A stretch of DNA of 64,000 bases from a virus (Duplodnaviria > Caudoviricetes). A program made the position numbers and the translations under genes. Within the stretch, counting starts at the first letter, position 1, and each line of letters begins with the position of its first letter. Where the stretch lies: the IMG/VR virus record IMGVR_UViG_3300014205_000185, positions 32,001 to 96,000 of that record; one strand, written 5' to 3'. Shown here one piece after another: positions 56,101 through 63,279 of the stretch. The notes under the pieces are model-generated. The model saw nothing but the letters and a program-made list of their open reading frames with translations, did no database searches and was not told where the DNA came from.

Positions 56101-57053
56101 TCTCCCGGGTTGTCGGCGACGCCTGTGTCTTCGAGCTGCTGTCGCTGCGCTTGGGACAGGTCTCCGCGCTCTACCGGCTTCTCGCCAGGGATGCCCGCTT
56201 CGCCGCGAGGAAGGACTGACCCCTTAGGAACCGGCTGGGGCGCCGTCTTAGGTCCCTCGACGGGATTGCCATTCGCGTCCAGTCCACGGCGAGCCAGCTC
56301 TTCGGGAGTGGCCTCGATCGCTGGCGCCTTCTCGCTCTCAGGCAACTCCCTGCCCAGGCCGCGGGCAACGCCAACACCTCGCTGCGGAGCCACCGCAGCA
56401 ATGACGTACTTACCTCCACCAGGCGCATCGTCAACTCGAATGATCTGGAGCTGGGTCTGCTGAGCCAGAATGACGTCACGGTTGCCGTTACCTACGACAA
56501 CGGCCTGTGTGCCCTTGGGGGCCAAGATTGACCAGGTGACGTGGTTCGGTCCACTCGGCACCGTCTCCGGCGTCGTGATGTTGGTGGGCGCGAAGCCCAG
56601 GTCCCGAACGAGCTTGCCGGTCCACTCCTCGACTTCATCCATCCGCTCCGGCGGCAGGCCGAAGGCGTCCGGACCGGTGACACGAGTGAGGAGCATGTCG
56701 TAAGGCAGCTCCTCCATCATGTCGTCCATGTCCTTGATTACGCCTGACGGACCACCCGGCTTCTTGGTGTCGTAGCCGGCGCGTAATGCGGTCTGGACGT
56801 CCTGATTGCCCTGCTCGGTGATGAAGTACTGAAGGCTTTCTTCCTGCTTTTCGGTCCGCTTCTTGCGGCGCGGCACCGCAGCCAAATAGCCGGCGCCATG
56901 GGCGTCGGACTTGAATTCGGCTGGATCGGCTCGCTTGAGTAGGGCGTCGACGAACTTGGCCATTGCACCAGAGATCTTCCACGAATCGCGGAAGCGACCC
57001 TTCTTATCCCGAGGGTGTAGCTCTGGCTTCCAACGACCGAGGTCGACGGCCAC
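44124..57053 (-). CDS. 4309-aa polyvalent head-associated protein (3 ART-like, NUDT9-like Nudix, HTH_58, kinase, HExxH zincin, PAKK repeats)
   Basis: N-terminal HPRDKKGRF motif; domain motifs listed in findings; lies between the head protease and capsid genes. Confidence 0.9.
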   Translation of the reverse strand: MAVDLGRWKPELHPRDKKGRFRDSWKISGAMAKFVDALLKRADPAEFKSDAHGAGYLAAVPRRKKRTEKQEESLQYFITEQGNQDVQTALRAGYDTKKPGGPSGVIKDMDDMMEELPYDMLLTRVTGPDAFGLPPERMDEVEEWTGKLVRDLGFAPTNITTPETVPSGPNHVTWSILAPKGTQAVVVGNGNRDVILAQQTQLQIIRVDDAPGGGKYVIAAVAPQRGVGVARGLGRELPESEKAPAIEATPEELARRGLDANGNPVEGPKTAPQPVPKGSVLPRGEAGIPGEKPVERGDLSQAQRQQLEDTGVADNPGDRSTAQRRVAEPAAPDAAQREAEKLRLERERVQLEREKRLDDLQARLDKQLREDNDNYREENDRLRMELDALRDQKRVDEAAQQQEQPAAPAKKAAPPAKTRQQIEAQAKRDQKRIEDRRIKTAGSEPTQEDRDDLIISEDYELSQEEGYPRNERERRIKEQARQIRKERAGTSTQTREQVEEQRQRNEARRQREAQPRITTVEAKRQEAERDAAVVRRDQQLQEQVGAAYPRNDDERRIHERANRVRAGIATPPPEREPEPQAEEGATSAKKAARAPRKAPATKAQKAAAAKAAAEPKPISDAEVDEYEARAQTYKARDVIRAAAYDLNDGALPDFVADSLARDAKELREGDLLDPTEDRLDSSVDVNDAGMRAVQNSDADLLDEMAVRVRAGAPEPRRRAATARKVAKKAPAKAMRTGPEAPPAPGDAEKPGIRRLAGTDAGALDSPRAREYQNRLDRGESRVKLGKEIEDYADSIDRVDQKGLAEKAAWKKVAEGLQETRAAKAAKARVAREAARAIAEPVEVPVAKKAAKAAKATPAKKVAPRKAVAEEAAPAPAKKTTPARAAKKAAPAAETSPAAQRALESEEQPVSAIDRKTLDQPTTNDIAVWTGPDGDVVRGRIRRDENGDVTIAWDNGNTQERVDITDPNLSFIHPSALGDRELPKQTEQLSRRNKRIKLNPANPTGAAPARKVAVKKAAPAKKAPAKKAAEPAVEAPTAAEVERQQWLDDEREYGPKYAQIARAMRAQRIDPAKIATGPEDIRPGMYFFGTSYGRPRFNKIVRAGSGGKSRGNRWHFEDGNPQYLGTAQESSIVSDIRDYNETMRQFEAKRAAKKAAPAAKVTPAKKVAVKKAAPAKKVAAPAAKAVPVKKAAPAKKVAAKAAASEEPRLTPQQRETLDLVTRISNESRRTEPEDSGGWVVERDIPRPATARTLVRRGLLEMEENPGARAGTVQRNYRPAGARQASWKFPREAPEAPPAKKAAVKKAAAPAKKAAPEVPAKKAAKRAAAPAPALPSAQELRVAAARDRLEMRATKKLTDGWLKSAQVKNSDLGDMDRIALTAVGDEVRREVITPDAAARRLRRIDEPTDSPMNRIAASLSAQSAPRRPVAGDTGAARREIDLGEPPAPRAGTPRWTLTPAQRRQVDTLTPRERAIYEDRRDRGLQHDEAFFLAKGNIGGRGAGDVTPEREPELPREIARPTDRRAYVRQRESMSRVDFDALPDDERTKVLANLRRIADSGDTQTFRDSMGSTVRGGTAPYVTSARTLVSRFTETPRPVRVPPTDDELGKALRDIDAANLGDIGLTLAVGRVLHGLPSARQREVAGKAGIPEAMGGHLTQTQIKDRIVKALRERGLPEGASEHWKKKYLLADRKGLTPAEAKDFADSNFTQVEAWRKAKAAAPAKAAPAKKAAPRKSTQERARDRFIDQLAYEHSTPVLGDVAVKHAIEQDRDPALLRERAARTEDDASRRTDPIVQARMRKSAASLRKAADQIEAFDQEAKSAPAKKARALTPAQRDARVARSVKSRTEQPEGYPKRQRTPGIKADWFTPFPGYNPPDYTAKTVLDNDRTKKKGGWADPPDVAAVDRPFTSLEGEVTLDAKGRPRNPYTRTGVQGRGLLGKWGANPAADNIVTRINPETGELEIATITRGELVDGKPQRALPGGMVDDGETVSRALGREFKEETGADLDMSRAREVYKGYVDDPRNTDNAWMETTASHRHLVGDEANVDFKGPEDGTEIREVGWTPLTRDLVDDLYASHPDFVRQAMKGLLRDDGDLTPAQRKQIRDAISTRPRKAAPAKMAAPEKAAPRTQAEVDRETKAAIRREIRGPGKTRAERDEERRAAGARQLEAMEADNRAELEPILQQAGTSWDELTPLQRAHVGVMKGSIEKKRISKTRARALLRGDGDDEKMNRIAEVLAPSARKTVPAKKAATPTKTVAAKKTTAAVATDKGRRILGPERATLAKDLVKRYVSGESIQELANSTGRSYAWVHRVLTESGVQLRPRGGRASAPTKKIAVKKAAPKAADHETQVADALRYRSDEAYLVRELDRQNLTSAELRKVAAELDVDVSDVPSNKNALIATIAKRHGAKGPRRGSSGPMPAPKRQGPEVRRARITEIADAASVADGRAAKAEVLKDLNEADLRAVARAAGIKLPVGLRGDRERTRDEIVHSLEIFGSGAPESKPVAKVTPRVAKAGVAKSNLETDQATAELAKAVPAAVKKPALRGPVNAVKVRQQLIEAKTPEERAAVLDDLGELNNNQWRTLARGLLGGHRLDRSSPEDVRTAILDDYNETADLRAQRLADTGLPTVPKKPPKAAPDTRTPEQIEADRKALDERIAARKAARKAEKEAELASRPIRQDGTPNPEGITRDLSQAPSPAARARMLEVYDAQMRRLTPYRGRERYGQPIPVATWRTLAKDLGVDGQSNAKTPDIKRAIVAHFEDIDVARRAELETRPTVARDLIAEPGVAARAIERAKASGAKPPRGWGSDSGELEGPLTGGDAIGEALAAEQGFDRPTTLVTPEEFTRMLRTKEVDFRLFRGAKGGEYGKPAAEVHEEFRDGPYRMGEGIFGNGTYMTRRFGHANGYADKTPGSLGRFGMRRDAKIIEWDDLVREHNRYLFSLEDDSPEKVAFADPGRYAMARGYDAIFVPQGTQGFGTDPVNGANEQYVILNRGAIVSEVPEGARTAPVPRPNPGASLREPPTVQATPSPTRVTKAAPARKIAPKKTAIPRPDRAGVERRNNYTEMLDRLEARDGKIQTVQGLGSSDEAMRRITNGEDPAVVARDLRSQADTLERRDVINRDVLDTHATTRGSMRQAMGRSDAKRLRDIADELNGSKKPTEEVTPEVVEAGVAKSNVENATATAELRKVTPAATSTGFVEGDDALAVPTVRTITRDKRGPTDSIWDMEMTTEFEAPPKGWSTEKLAKAEKALHGYNIEDGDTSPWKVREAGDTEATKLIDEVMDESPLPVSVRTWRGIARPHSIDQFKDLPEGEGSLVGRVFDDPGFMSTSVDRDISRTYADSGMDPKKPGIMLRLDVPKGIKAIRFGGYGEEDDQNKEILLERGLQMTVTRDRTVDGIRQLDVTVSKAPRKAAPTKAAPATSAIKEDVPLVTDPEGDNSLMHGDSRSMTLAQAYAAKGRNGTANEIMELRRSISTNRGDDANDFDGPQRMVEELKRLRSVETDPALQKKLDQAIRELDIPKGDLPDLPDGTPPALRALVENLHKIPVARAPRGHHLYGITTEEDSALDRVVRAIREIDEKKGEISLGNAEDSITKPLRTYHESVDGAYRMWGLADRVTTGGKHGDDVHLQMREWIKGLRAGNAPEAAPSVPSPAAAPSKPRITREGVPDTPDGMAERIRGFNSPDEAEAWMEDKNVGLDIMREVADSVGVDPIQPKPALRRALAEKLVGAPAAKKATLRTPSKKEGSATPADLQASVESGKPRVGRRLSDRSYSTVHRVTGADGRPMIRKKTGRDDGPGWDYSANDQALSEDLSSKYGRSMGADVPSTYRSSDDTVFMDLVPGQAGGSDQERLDKAVASDRGRRLHLLDLITGNVDRHDDNIIIDADGNAHGIDHAASFMGAPVSYRGEQMPQTPNSFDPFAQHYGTTVEAPNGTTRWADKMPFTREEVLDARTKLVEMKPEFVAAGHEDWYDAALGRADAILARTPGGSTMRPATGAVGQASVPRATPTARAQARSVPSRQGSPAPRRMSMGTKVQGKVVDGYTIENATNWKRDGVDYTVEHPDTPEGRASARLMRDRLIAYQDSLAPDARGYQKAYYAMVGANPNDAEMAEKYGLTDFWSAASAGDGEVAIWQTDRLLSADRDRLKRYLDHELGHNIEEGVPPRLRSTSPAWQQAARSDRPGAQLRRFVPNGEGPSADIRGTPDASRPVPRGVTNYGTSDIHEDFAEAISLYFTGQVGEGIFRDAEGEDAWVPIWFRDLFPERAAVLDQIFPQSAAAQLAEIARLRPTSRQGLTAAAARHLVPA

Positions 57054-57057
57054 TATG

Positions 57058-57294
57058 TCACTCCTCTGGAGGCGGCTCGATCACTGTATATTGCGCATTG
57101 AACTGCATATACAAGCGCTGTTGTGGTGTCACGACAATGCCATTCGGATCCTGCTTGAAATTCTCGTATTTGGTGTCCATCAGAGTCAACTGTGCAAGAT
57201 CCCGCTGATACTTTTCTTCGGCCTTTTCTTCATCGAGACGAGCAAGCCGCTCGGTACGAGCGATGAGCGCAGCGTGGTCCTCAAGCTCCGTCAT
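57058..57294 (-). CDS. small hypothetical protein
   Basis: 78 aa in the head operon. Confidence 0.6.
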   Translation of the reverse strand: MTELEDHAALIARTERLARLDEEKAEEKYQRDLAQLTLMDTKYENFKQDPNGIVVTPQQRLYMQFNAQYTVIEPPPEE

Positions 57295-57298
57295 GCGC

Positions 57299-58384
57299 TT
57301 ACCGAATGCCCAGGCCGAGCTGCTCGCGCTCTTCGTCGATAGCGGCCAGCTGCTCCATCCGACGACGCTGGTTGTGCTCTTCCAGCTCCTGGTCGATCTG
57401 AGCTAGACGCTCCATCCGCACTGACAGCTCGGCGGCGTCGTCCACCACGTCATCAGCCGGCACCTCGGTAGCGGCGGTGAAGCTCTCTGCCTCGCTCATG
57501 CTGAACTCTCCAATCGTGTCCTCCTGGCCCAGGACGCCGACAGCCATGAGGCTGAAGGCGTGTCCACCCTGCTCCCGATAGATAGGGAAGCCCGGGTTAT
57601 TGACGGCCAGGGCAGCAATCAGTTCCAGATTTCCGTTGACCTCACGCCAGTCGCCGGACAGCGCAGAGGCGCGCAGCTCGGCAATCCGCTCTGGAGTCAT
57701 GTTCGTGGTCAGTGCGCCGTTAACCCAGATGCCATGCCGGTCCTCGCCGACGTTGACAACCGCCGCGGCCCAGCCGGTGTTGTCGTAGTGCTCGCGGGAA
57801 GGCACGATGCCCCACTGGGCATTGGCGTGACCGGTCCCCAAAGTGATCTTCCCGATCGGCTTCTCGGCACCGTCGTCGCACCGGACGGTACCGACCCGGA
57901 ACAGGTTGTAGTTGGTACGGGTCTTAGGTGCCATTACGCAAGCGCGGCCGATGCCGACGTGGCAGACCTTCCATTGCGCCAGGTGGCCGAATACCCGACC
58001 GTCGTCAGTGATGGTCAGCTTGGTGGGCGCCTTGAGCCCCGGATCTGCAAACCACGCGGACGGCGGGGCCAGGGGCGCAACCGACGCGAGCAGAGCAACG
58101 GCATCGTCTCGTAGCGAAACAGCATCAGCGCCCATTTCCCCGGTGTGCTCCGCCATCTCGATGCCATACTCCTTAGCCGCCTCTCGGATCCGACCCCACA
58201 TCAGCTTGAGCTGTTCGGCCGAGTACTTTTCCGCATTCTTCGGCATTGAGAGGTAGGCGATGGCTGCCAGGACGTGGGGCTCAGAGTCGATCGGATAGCG
58301 GGCAGTGCTCTCCCGGTATCCAGGGTCGGCGTACTTCACGTCGGCCTTAGGGCCGTACGGCGTCTTGACCTTGTTCATACCCAT
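57299..58384 (-). CDS. DUF6582-like domain fused to a head maturation protease-associated domain
   Basis: YADPGY..RYPID...HV.AA..Y.....N...Y; T.TDDGRVFGHLA.W..CH; LSGDWR....LEL.AALAVN.PGFP. Confidence 0.75.
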   Translation of the reverse strand: MGMNKVKTPYGPKADVKYADPGYRESTARYPIDSEPHVLAAIAYLSMPKNAEKYSAEQLKLMWGRIREAAKEYGIEMAEHTGEMGADAVSLRDDAVALLASVAPLAPPSAWFADPGLKAPTKLTITDDGRVFGHLAQWKVCHVGIGRACVMAPKTRTNYNLFRVGTVRCDDGAEKPIGKITLGTGHANAQWGIVPSREHYDNTGWAAAVVNVGEDRHGIWVNGALTTNMTPERIAELRASALSGDWREVNGNLELIAALAVNNPGFPIYREQGGHAFSLMAVGVLGQEDTIGEFSMSEAESFTAATEVPADDVVDDAAELSVRMERLAQIDQELEEHNQRRRMEQLAAIDEEREQLGLGIR

Positions 58385-58394
58385 GGCGCTTCTC

Positions 58395-59606
58395 CTAGTA
58401 CCCGCACTTTTCGCAGATACCGTCGGCGAATACGTGCTCGCCGTCGGCACCGTAGGCTTCCTTCTCTTCCTCCATGCTGTGCATTACGTCCATAGGAGGA
58501 ACCGTTGGTACGAAGGTAATGGTGATGTTGCTGATCGGCTGCATCGGACCGCCGAACATGAACGTGTTGGGGTTGGATCCGTTGGTGGTTATGGTGGCCG
58601 GCACTTGCTGAACTTCCATGACCTGCTCCTCGCTTACGGTGAATCCCTCGTCGCATCCGCAGTCTTCCTCTGCTTCAGCGGACGCACGTAGCGCTGGCTG
58701 GCCTTCGCCCTCCTGGAAAGGAGAGACCAGGTTGGGGTCATTGAACGCTTGAGCCATGGCCCCGTATATCTCGTTGATGACCGGCACCATCGCCTGCCTG
58801 TCTGCATCCGGGATATTCGGCAGTCCGCCGTGAGCCCCGGAGAGTAGGGCTGCGGCCGAATAGACGGCGTGATAGATGAGATGTGGCTCGTTGTTGATGA
58901 TGTCGGCCAGTGGCAGCCGGAAGGAATCCTGCGCCAGGGAGTCGCCGGCCTGGTTGCCGTTTCGCCACAGGAAGGTCGAAGCGTACCGACCGAGGTCAGG
59001 CTGCTTGGAGCCGATGCCCGACCAGTAAGCGATGCGCTTGACGGCGTCATCCGCGTCGAATTTGTAGTCCCGTGGCGCCAGTGGCCACGTCTTCCAGCTT
59101 TCTGCGTTGACGTCGAAGGAGCCCCAGTCGCTCATGTCCACGCCAGCCGAAGCCAGGAGCGACTTCTCGACGTCGTTGTCAACGGACATGTGCACCTGAT
59201 GGAAGGCCGGCATCGGGACCAGAGTTACGCCGATGACGTTGTACTCCTTGAAGAGGCCCGCCTTCTTGTCGGGGCGGAGCGGATGCGCGATTGCCTCCAC
59301 GGTGAAGTCCCGGTCTAAGTCGACGCTGGGTCCCATCACCTTGTTCTGGAGCATGTAGATGGCCTTGGTGACCTCAGGAACAACCTCGGGGTCAAGGAAC
59401 GTGCCCTCGATCCAATAGCCACCTATGCCGGGGTAGACGTTGTCCACCTTGCCTACGACCGCAGCGCCATCGTGGCCGCCGGAGGTGAACCGAGCCAACA
59501 GCGGGAAGGGCGTTGGCCGATGGGTCAACTTTCCGGCCGCGAACATCCGACCATCGCCGGTCGGAACCTCGGTTGGGGCGGCTAAGCCCCTGAAGCGAAT
59601 TGTCAT
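58395..59606 (-). CDS. capsid maturation protease-like protein
   Basis: TGDGR.F, GH..A.VVG, G.SVDLD, G.TLV..PAF motifs; follows MuF. Confidence 0.75.
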   Translation of the reverse strand: MTIRFRGLAAPTEVPTGDGRMFAAGKLTHRPTPFPLLARFTSGGHDGAAVVGKVDNVYPGIGGYWIEGTFLDPEVVPEVTKAIYMLQNKVMGPSVDLDRDFTVEAIAHPLRPDKKAGLFKEYNVIGVTLVPMPAFHQVHMSVDNDVEKSLLASAGVDMSDWGSFDVNAESWKTWPLAPRDYKFDADDAVKRIAYWSGIGSKQPDLGRYASTFLWRNGNQAGDSLAQDSFRLPLADIINNEPHLIYHAVYSAAALLSGAHGGLPNIPDADRQAMVPVINEIYGAMAQAFNDPNLVSPFQEGEGQPALRASAEAEEDCGCDEGFTVSEEQVMEVQQVPATITTNGSNPNTFMFGGPMQPISNITITFVPTVPPMDVMHSMEEEKEAYGADGEHVFADGICEKCGY

Positions 59607-60334
59607 GGCGTCACATCCAGAATCCGCAGGTTGCACCGACAGTTACAAACATTGGCTGGAGTGGCAGAGGGATCGCCCGGGAAAAGCAGGCTCTCACCGC
59701 CGACGTCGAATGGAGCGTTCAGCGTCCTGACTTGGTTATTGGCCAGTCGGTGCGCTGTCCTCTCCTTGTCGTCCATCGTCGTGTTCCACTGCTTCATGAG
59801 TAGCTTCTTGTCCTGGTTCTCGACTAGGAAGGCATGGGCCAACATGCTGCCCGAGAAGTGCCTTGTCGTTTCGGTCTGAGCTATAAGGCGAGCCCTAGCT
59901 GGCCAGTTCTCGCTACCTGTGTACGTCAGCACATTGTCCACGCGATTTGCGATTTGATCCAGCGTCTCGCCAGCGTTGGTGCCCTCAAGAATCTCCCTGA
60001 CGACCAGGGAATGAACCTCTTTCGGGATGTTCACCAAAAGGTTCTTGGTCAGCGCGAGATTGGCCTGAATGAACGGATCAGCCGGGTCATAAGGCCGAGG
60101 CAGACTCGCTGCGGCCCAACCTTCCCGCTGAGCCGGTGTCAGTACCTGAAGAATCCGGTCTACCTGCTGCTCCCAGAACGGAACAGTCGCATAGATGGCG
60201 GCTGGATTGGGCTGTGCGCCGAACTGCTTGAAGGGGGCCATGACCGCGTCCCGGGCACGCTGGAGCCACAGCTTCAGGCCGTTTGATGCGACCTTGAAGA
60301 TGCCCTCCTCGCCTGCTTTTCCGGGACTAGGCAT
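59603..60334 (-). CDS. MuF-like minor head protein
   Basis: RA.LIA.TE, K.W....D...R..H, F.VGG..L.FPGDP......NCRC. Confidence 0.9.
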   Translation of the reverse strand: MPSPGKAGEEGIFKVASNGLKLWLQRARDAVMAPFKQFGAQPNPAAIYATVPFWEQQVDRILQVLTPAQREGWAAASLPRPYDPADPFIQANLALTKNLLVNIPKEVHSLVVREILEGTNAGETLDQIANRVDNVLTYTGSENWPARARLIAQTETTRHFSGSMLAHAFLVENQDKKLLMKQWNTTMDDKERTAHRLANNQVRTLNAPFDVGGESLLFPGDPSATPANVCNCRCNLRILDVTP

Positions 60335-62249
60335 GGATCACGCCATCTCGCTGCAAGGTCGCCAGCAGGTTCGGCGGATCGTGAGCGACGCTGCGGGTCA
60401 ACAGGATCGTGCAGTAGCGAGAAAGGCTCTCTCTCAGCTTCTCGGTGGGGAAGTCGTCGGCGAAGAAGCTCGTCATCGACTCCAGCTGGTCCCAGGCGCC
60501 GGCCAGCAACCGGTTGGCATGCGCTGTGTCCTGCACTCGGATCCGGGTGTGCAGCTCGTGCGCCGGTACATCGGGCCAGCGGTTGCGGTTATGCCGGTCG
60601 AGCAACTGCTTGCCAGCGCGCTCCAGGCCGCGGCGAACGGTGGCCTCGGCCAGGACGACGACGCCCATCTCCTCGGCCGTGAAGGCGGACGCCTGTAGAC
60701 CCGTGGGTGGAGCGCCTCCACCCGGTGGGGGGGCGCCGATCTTGTCTTGGGTATCCGGCATAGGCGGCGGCAGGCTGGTCTGAATGCCAGTTGGCGGCGG
60801 CGGAGGTGGCGGGGGAGGACCACCACTTCCGCCGCCGCCCATAGAAATGCTCTGGGCCGTAGGGGCGATCATCGCCGACTGCGGCAGGATTTCCTCGGTG
60901 ATGCCGATGGCTTCACGAATGGCCTGGTTCTGGATCAGTTGAGGATCGCGGAGCACGACCTCTTGGAGGTACCGCTTACCGGATTCCTTGTCGTCCGGCT
61001 GCTGCGAGTCCCGGAAGAAGCCTTCCTCGCGCACGGCCTCGGCACTGATGATGCCCTTCTCGTACAGGTTCAGGGCGTCCTGGAGGCGTTGCGGCCGGAG
61101 AGTCAGTGGACTCGTATCGAACTGATAGGTGTACCGGCTCGGGTCCTCGTCCATGAGGCGCAGAGCCGGCACCAGGTAGGCCTCAGTCAAGGCCTGACAG
61201 ATCCGGTTCATCAATGGCTCGATGTGAACCTTGATGCCATAGCCATCGATAAGGAAGCCGCTCCAGTGGTTCGTGTCGCCCATTCCGGACAACACCTCAG
61301 GAGGCATGTCCATACCGACGCCGAGGCGCTCGATAGCTTCCTTACGTAAGTCCATCGCCTGCTTGGACAGCTCCGACTCGAAGGTCAGAAGCTTCCAGCC
61401 CTCGGCATTATGAGACTCGACAATGTGTGGCAGTACGCCCAGCGCAGAGCCCTCCCCGCGAAGGCTCTGCGCGCCCGCGGTGGCCAGGCGCATCATCAGT
61501 GACTCAGAAGCTGTGGTGTTCTCTTCGTCAGGCAGATCTACGTCGTCGGGCATGATGAGGATGCCCGCGCCCACGAGACGTGAATCGATCTGCGAGGCCA
61601 CGTACTTAGTGAGCTGCTCCAGCTCCCGCAGGATCATTGAGCAGGATCGAGCTGGAGAGTCGGCGCACCAGACGCGCTCCGGGTCCGGTGTCCAGACCCG
61701 GGTGACGACGTTTCGTTCCAGGTCCAGGCGCATCGGGTTGCCCTTGGGCCCCCAGGCCCAGTCCCACTCGCCGTTACTGCCTTTGATCCGGCGGAACTCG
61801 GTAGGGGTGACGATGTACCAGCGGTCTCGGGCCGTCTCGTCGTCAGGACGGCCGACGATGTAGCACTCGCCGCTGATGGTCAAGTCAATGCCCATCATGC
61901 GTAAGTGCTCGGCCTTGGACATCGGGCCACCGAGCAGGGTGTCACTCAGGGCCTGAATCTTTTTGTTTCTGGTTTCTCCCTGAATGCGCCCGAGCTGGTC
62001 CACATTAGCCACATAGATGCGCACCCGAGAGCAGCATTGGCCAACCCAGCTTGCTGCGGCCCGCAGTTCCGGCGTAATCCGATAGAGACGCCACAGCTCT
62101 CGCTGCCATGCTTCGTCGCGGAATCGCCAGGTCGCATAACTGGCGTCGTCGAAGCGGAACCTAAGGGCCGACGCAACCAATGACCTAGGGACAGCTGACG
62201 CTACTGATGCAGTGAGCGCCGCTGGTGTCTTGCCCCTTAGGAACGCCAT
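60327..62249 (-). CDS. portal protein
   Basis: 640 aa; WQ.E.W..Y...PEL, GE.Y, RVW.P.P...ADSP, SRL.GAG.L, G.DMPPE.L.G....NHW. Confidence 0.85.
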   Translation of the reverse strand: MAFLRGKTPAALTASVASAVPRSLVASALRFRFDDASYATWRFRDEAWQRELWRLYRITPELRAAASWVGQCCSRVRIYVANVDQLGRIQGETRNKKIQALSDTLLGGPMSKAEHLRMMGIDLTISGECYIVGRPDDETARDRWYIVTPTEFRRIKGSNGEWDWAWGPKGNPMRLDLERNVVTRVWTPDPERVWCADSPARSCSMILRELEQLTKYVASQIDSRLVGAGILIMPDDVDLPDEENTTASESLMMRLATAGAQSLRGEGSALGVLPHIVESHNAEGWKLLTFESELSKQAMDLRKEAIERLGVGMDMPPEVLSGMGDTNHWSGFLIDGYGIKVHIEPLMNRICQALTEAYLVPALRLMDEDPSRYTYQFDTSPLTLRPQRLQDALNLYEKGIISAEAVREEGFFRDSQQPDDKESGKRYLQEVVLRDPQLIQNQAIREAIGITEEILPQSAMIAPTAQSISMGGGGSGGPPPPPPPPPTGIQTSLPPPMPDTQDKIGAPPPGGGAPPTGLQASAFTAEEMGVVVLAEATVRRGLERAGKQLLDRHNRNRWPDVPAHELHTRIRVQDTAHANRLLAGAWDQLESMTSFFADDFPTEKLRESLSRYCTILLTRSVAHDPPNLLATLQRDGVIHA

Positions 62250-62549
62250 TTACTCTTGCTCCTCCAGGCGGGACAGCAGAATGGTTGCGTAGGACATGCC
62301 CATCCATGCAGGCAGCATGAGCCACCACCAGTGCAGCGGCAACGTCAAGGAGCCCCACATAAAGGCTGCTGGAATAGCGATCCAGACACTGGCGCAAGCC
62401 CGGCAATGAAATAAGTAGCTAACTTCAGATTCGTCGCCGAACTTATCGACTACCCAGCGACGCAGAAAAAGCATGATGCGGTCAGCCGTCACCAGTCGCG
62501 TGACCCTGGCTACGGCTAGCGTCATAAGGATCAGCGAGGCCCATACCAT
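62250..62549 (-). CDS. DUF1360-family membrane protein
   Basis: LAVARVTRLVT.D.I...LR..L..CxxCxSVW. Confidence 0.8.
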   Translation of the reverse strand: MVWASLILMTLAVARVTRLVTADRIMLFLRRWVVDKFGDESEVSYLFHCRACASVWIAIPAAFMWGSLTLPLHWWWLMLPAWMGMSYATILLSRLEEQE

Positions 62550-62641
62550 GCAATTATCTTAGGGGCAAGATCCGGCTTTACATATCGTTGCCCGTGCGTC
62601 AATTAAATGCACCCCGTCATGGGGGTGTAGAGTTTCGGGGT

Positions 62642-62977
62642 ATGAAGATTGACCCTTGGGTGGTCTCCGTAGGGGAGGCCTTAATGTTCGTCTGCCCTAC
62701 GTGTCAGGCTGCAATAGGGAAGCCGTGTCGATACGTAGGCACCCTGCCCCGACGGGGGAACCTCACCCGGAACGTGCACAGCTACCGCCGGAACCTGGCC
62801 CGTCGAGCCCGACAGCACCCCGGCATACCGCCGGCCGAGTTTTACCAGCCTGAGTTCCCGGTGCCGTCCGCCGAGATCAGGTCGGCGGCTCAGGCCTTAC
62901 GCGACTTCGATCTTGAGGAGCACCGCAAACTCCATGGCTGGCTGCGGCGCTACGGTCGCATACTTGTCGACGTGTAG
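62642..62977 (+). CDS. Zn-finger protein
   Basis: CPTCQA..G.PC...H..R. Confidence 0.7.
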   Translation: MKIDPWVVSVGEALMFVCPTCQAAIGKPCRYVGTLPRRGNLTRNVHSYRRNLARRARQHPGIPPAEFYQPEFPVPSAEIRSAAQALRDFDLEEHRKLHGWLRRYGRILVDV

Positions 62978-62988
62978 AGTCTCCGGCC

Positions 62989-63279
62989 ATGACTACGAGG
63001 AGTCTGGGCCTGAACCTACGTGGCGACGACCCGCGGCACGGAACCGTCAACGGGTACAGCAATCTCAAGTGCCGCTGCTTCGTGTGCAAGCAGGCCTGGA
63101 CCGAGTACAACCGCGAGCAGCGGCTGGTCCGCTTCCTCCAGCTGACGCCCGACGACCCGCGGCACGGTAGCCGCAGCACGTACCTGAACTACGGATGTCG
63201 ATGCGGTCTCTGTCGGACGGCAGCCAACACCTACAACCAGACGATCCGGAAAGCGAGGAGAGGTGCAGGAAAACCCTGA
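62989..63279 (+). CDS. protein with two DPRHG..Y.N..CRC..C repeats
   Basis: direct repeat GACGACCCGCGGCACGG near 63025 and 63151. Confidence 0.7.
   Translation: MTTRSLGLNLRGDDPRHGTVNGYSNLKCRCFVCKQAWTEYNREQRLVRFLQLTPDDPRHGSRSTYLNYGCRCGLCRTAANTYNQTIRKARRGAGKP

Noticed and set aside
44331-56747. Many long + strand ORFs opposite the giant gene (e.g. 52602-53744, 50823-51944)
   Set aside because: Shadow frames of high-GC coding DNA, with no RBS or recognisable motifs.
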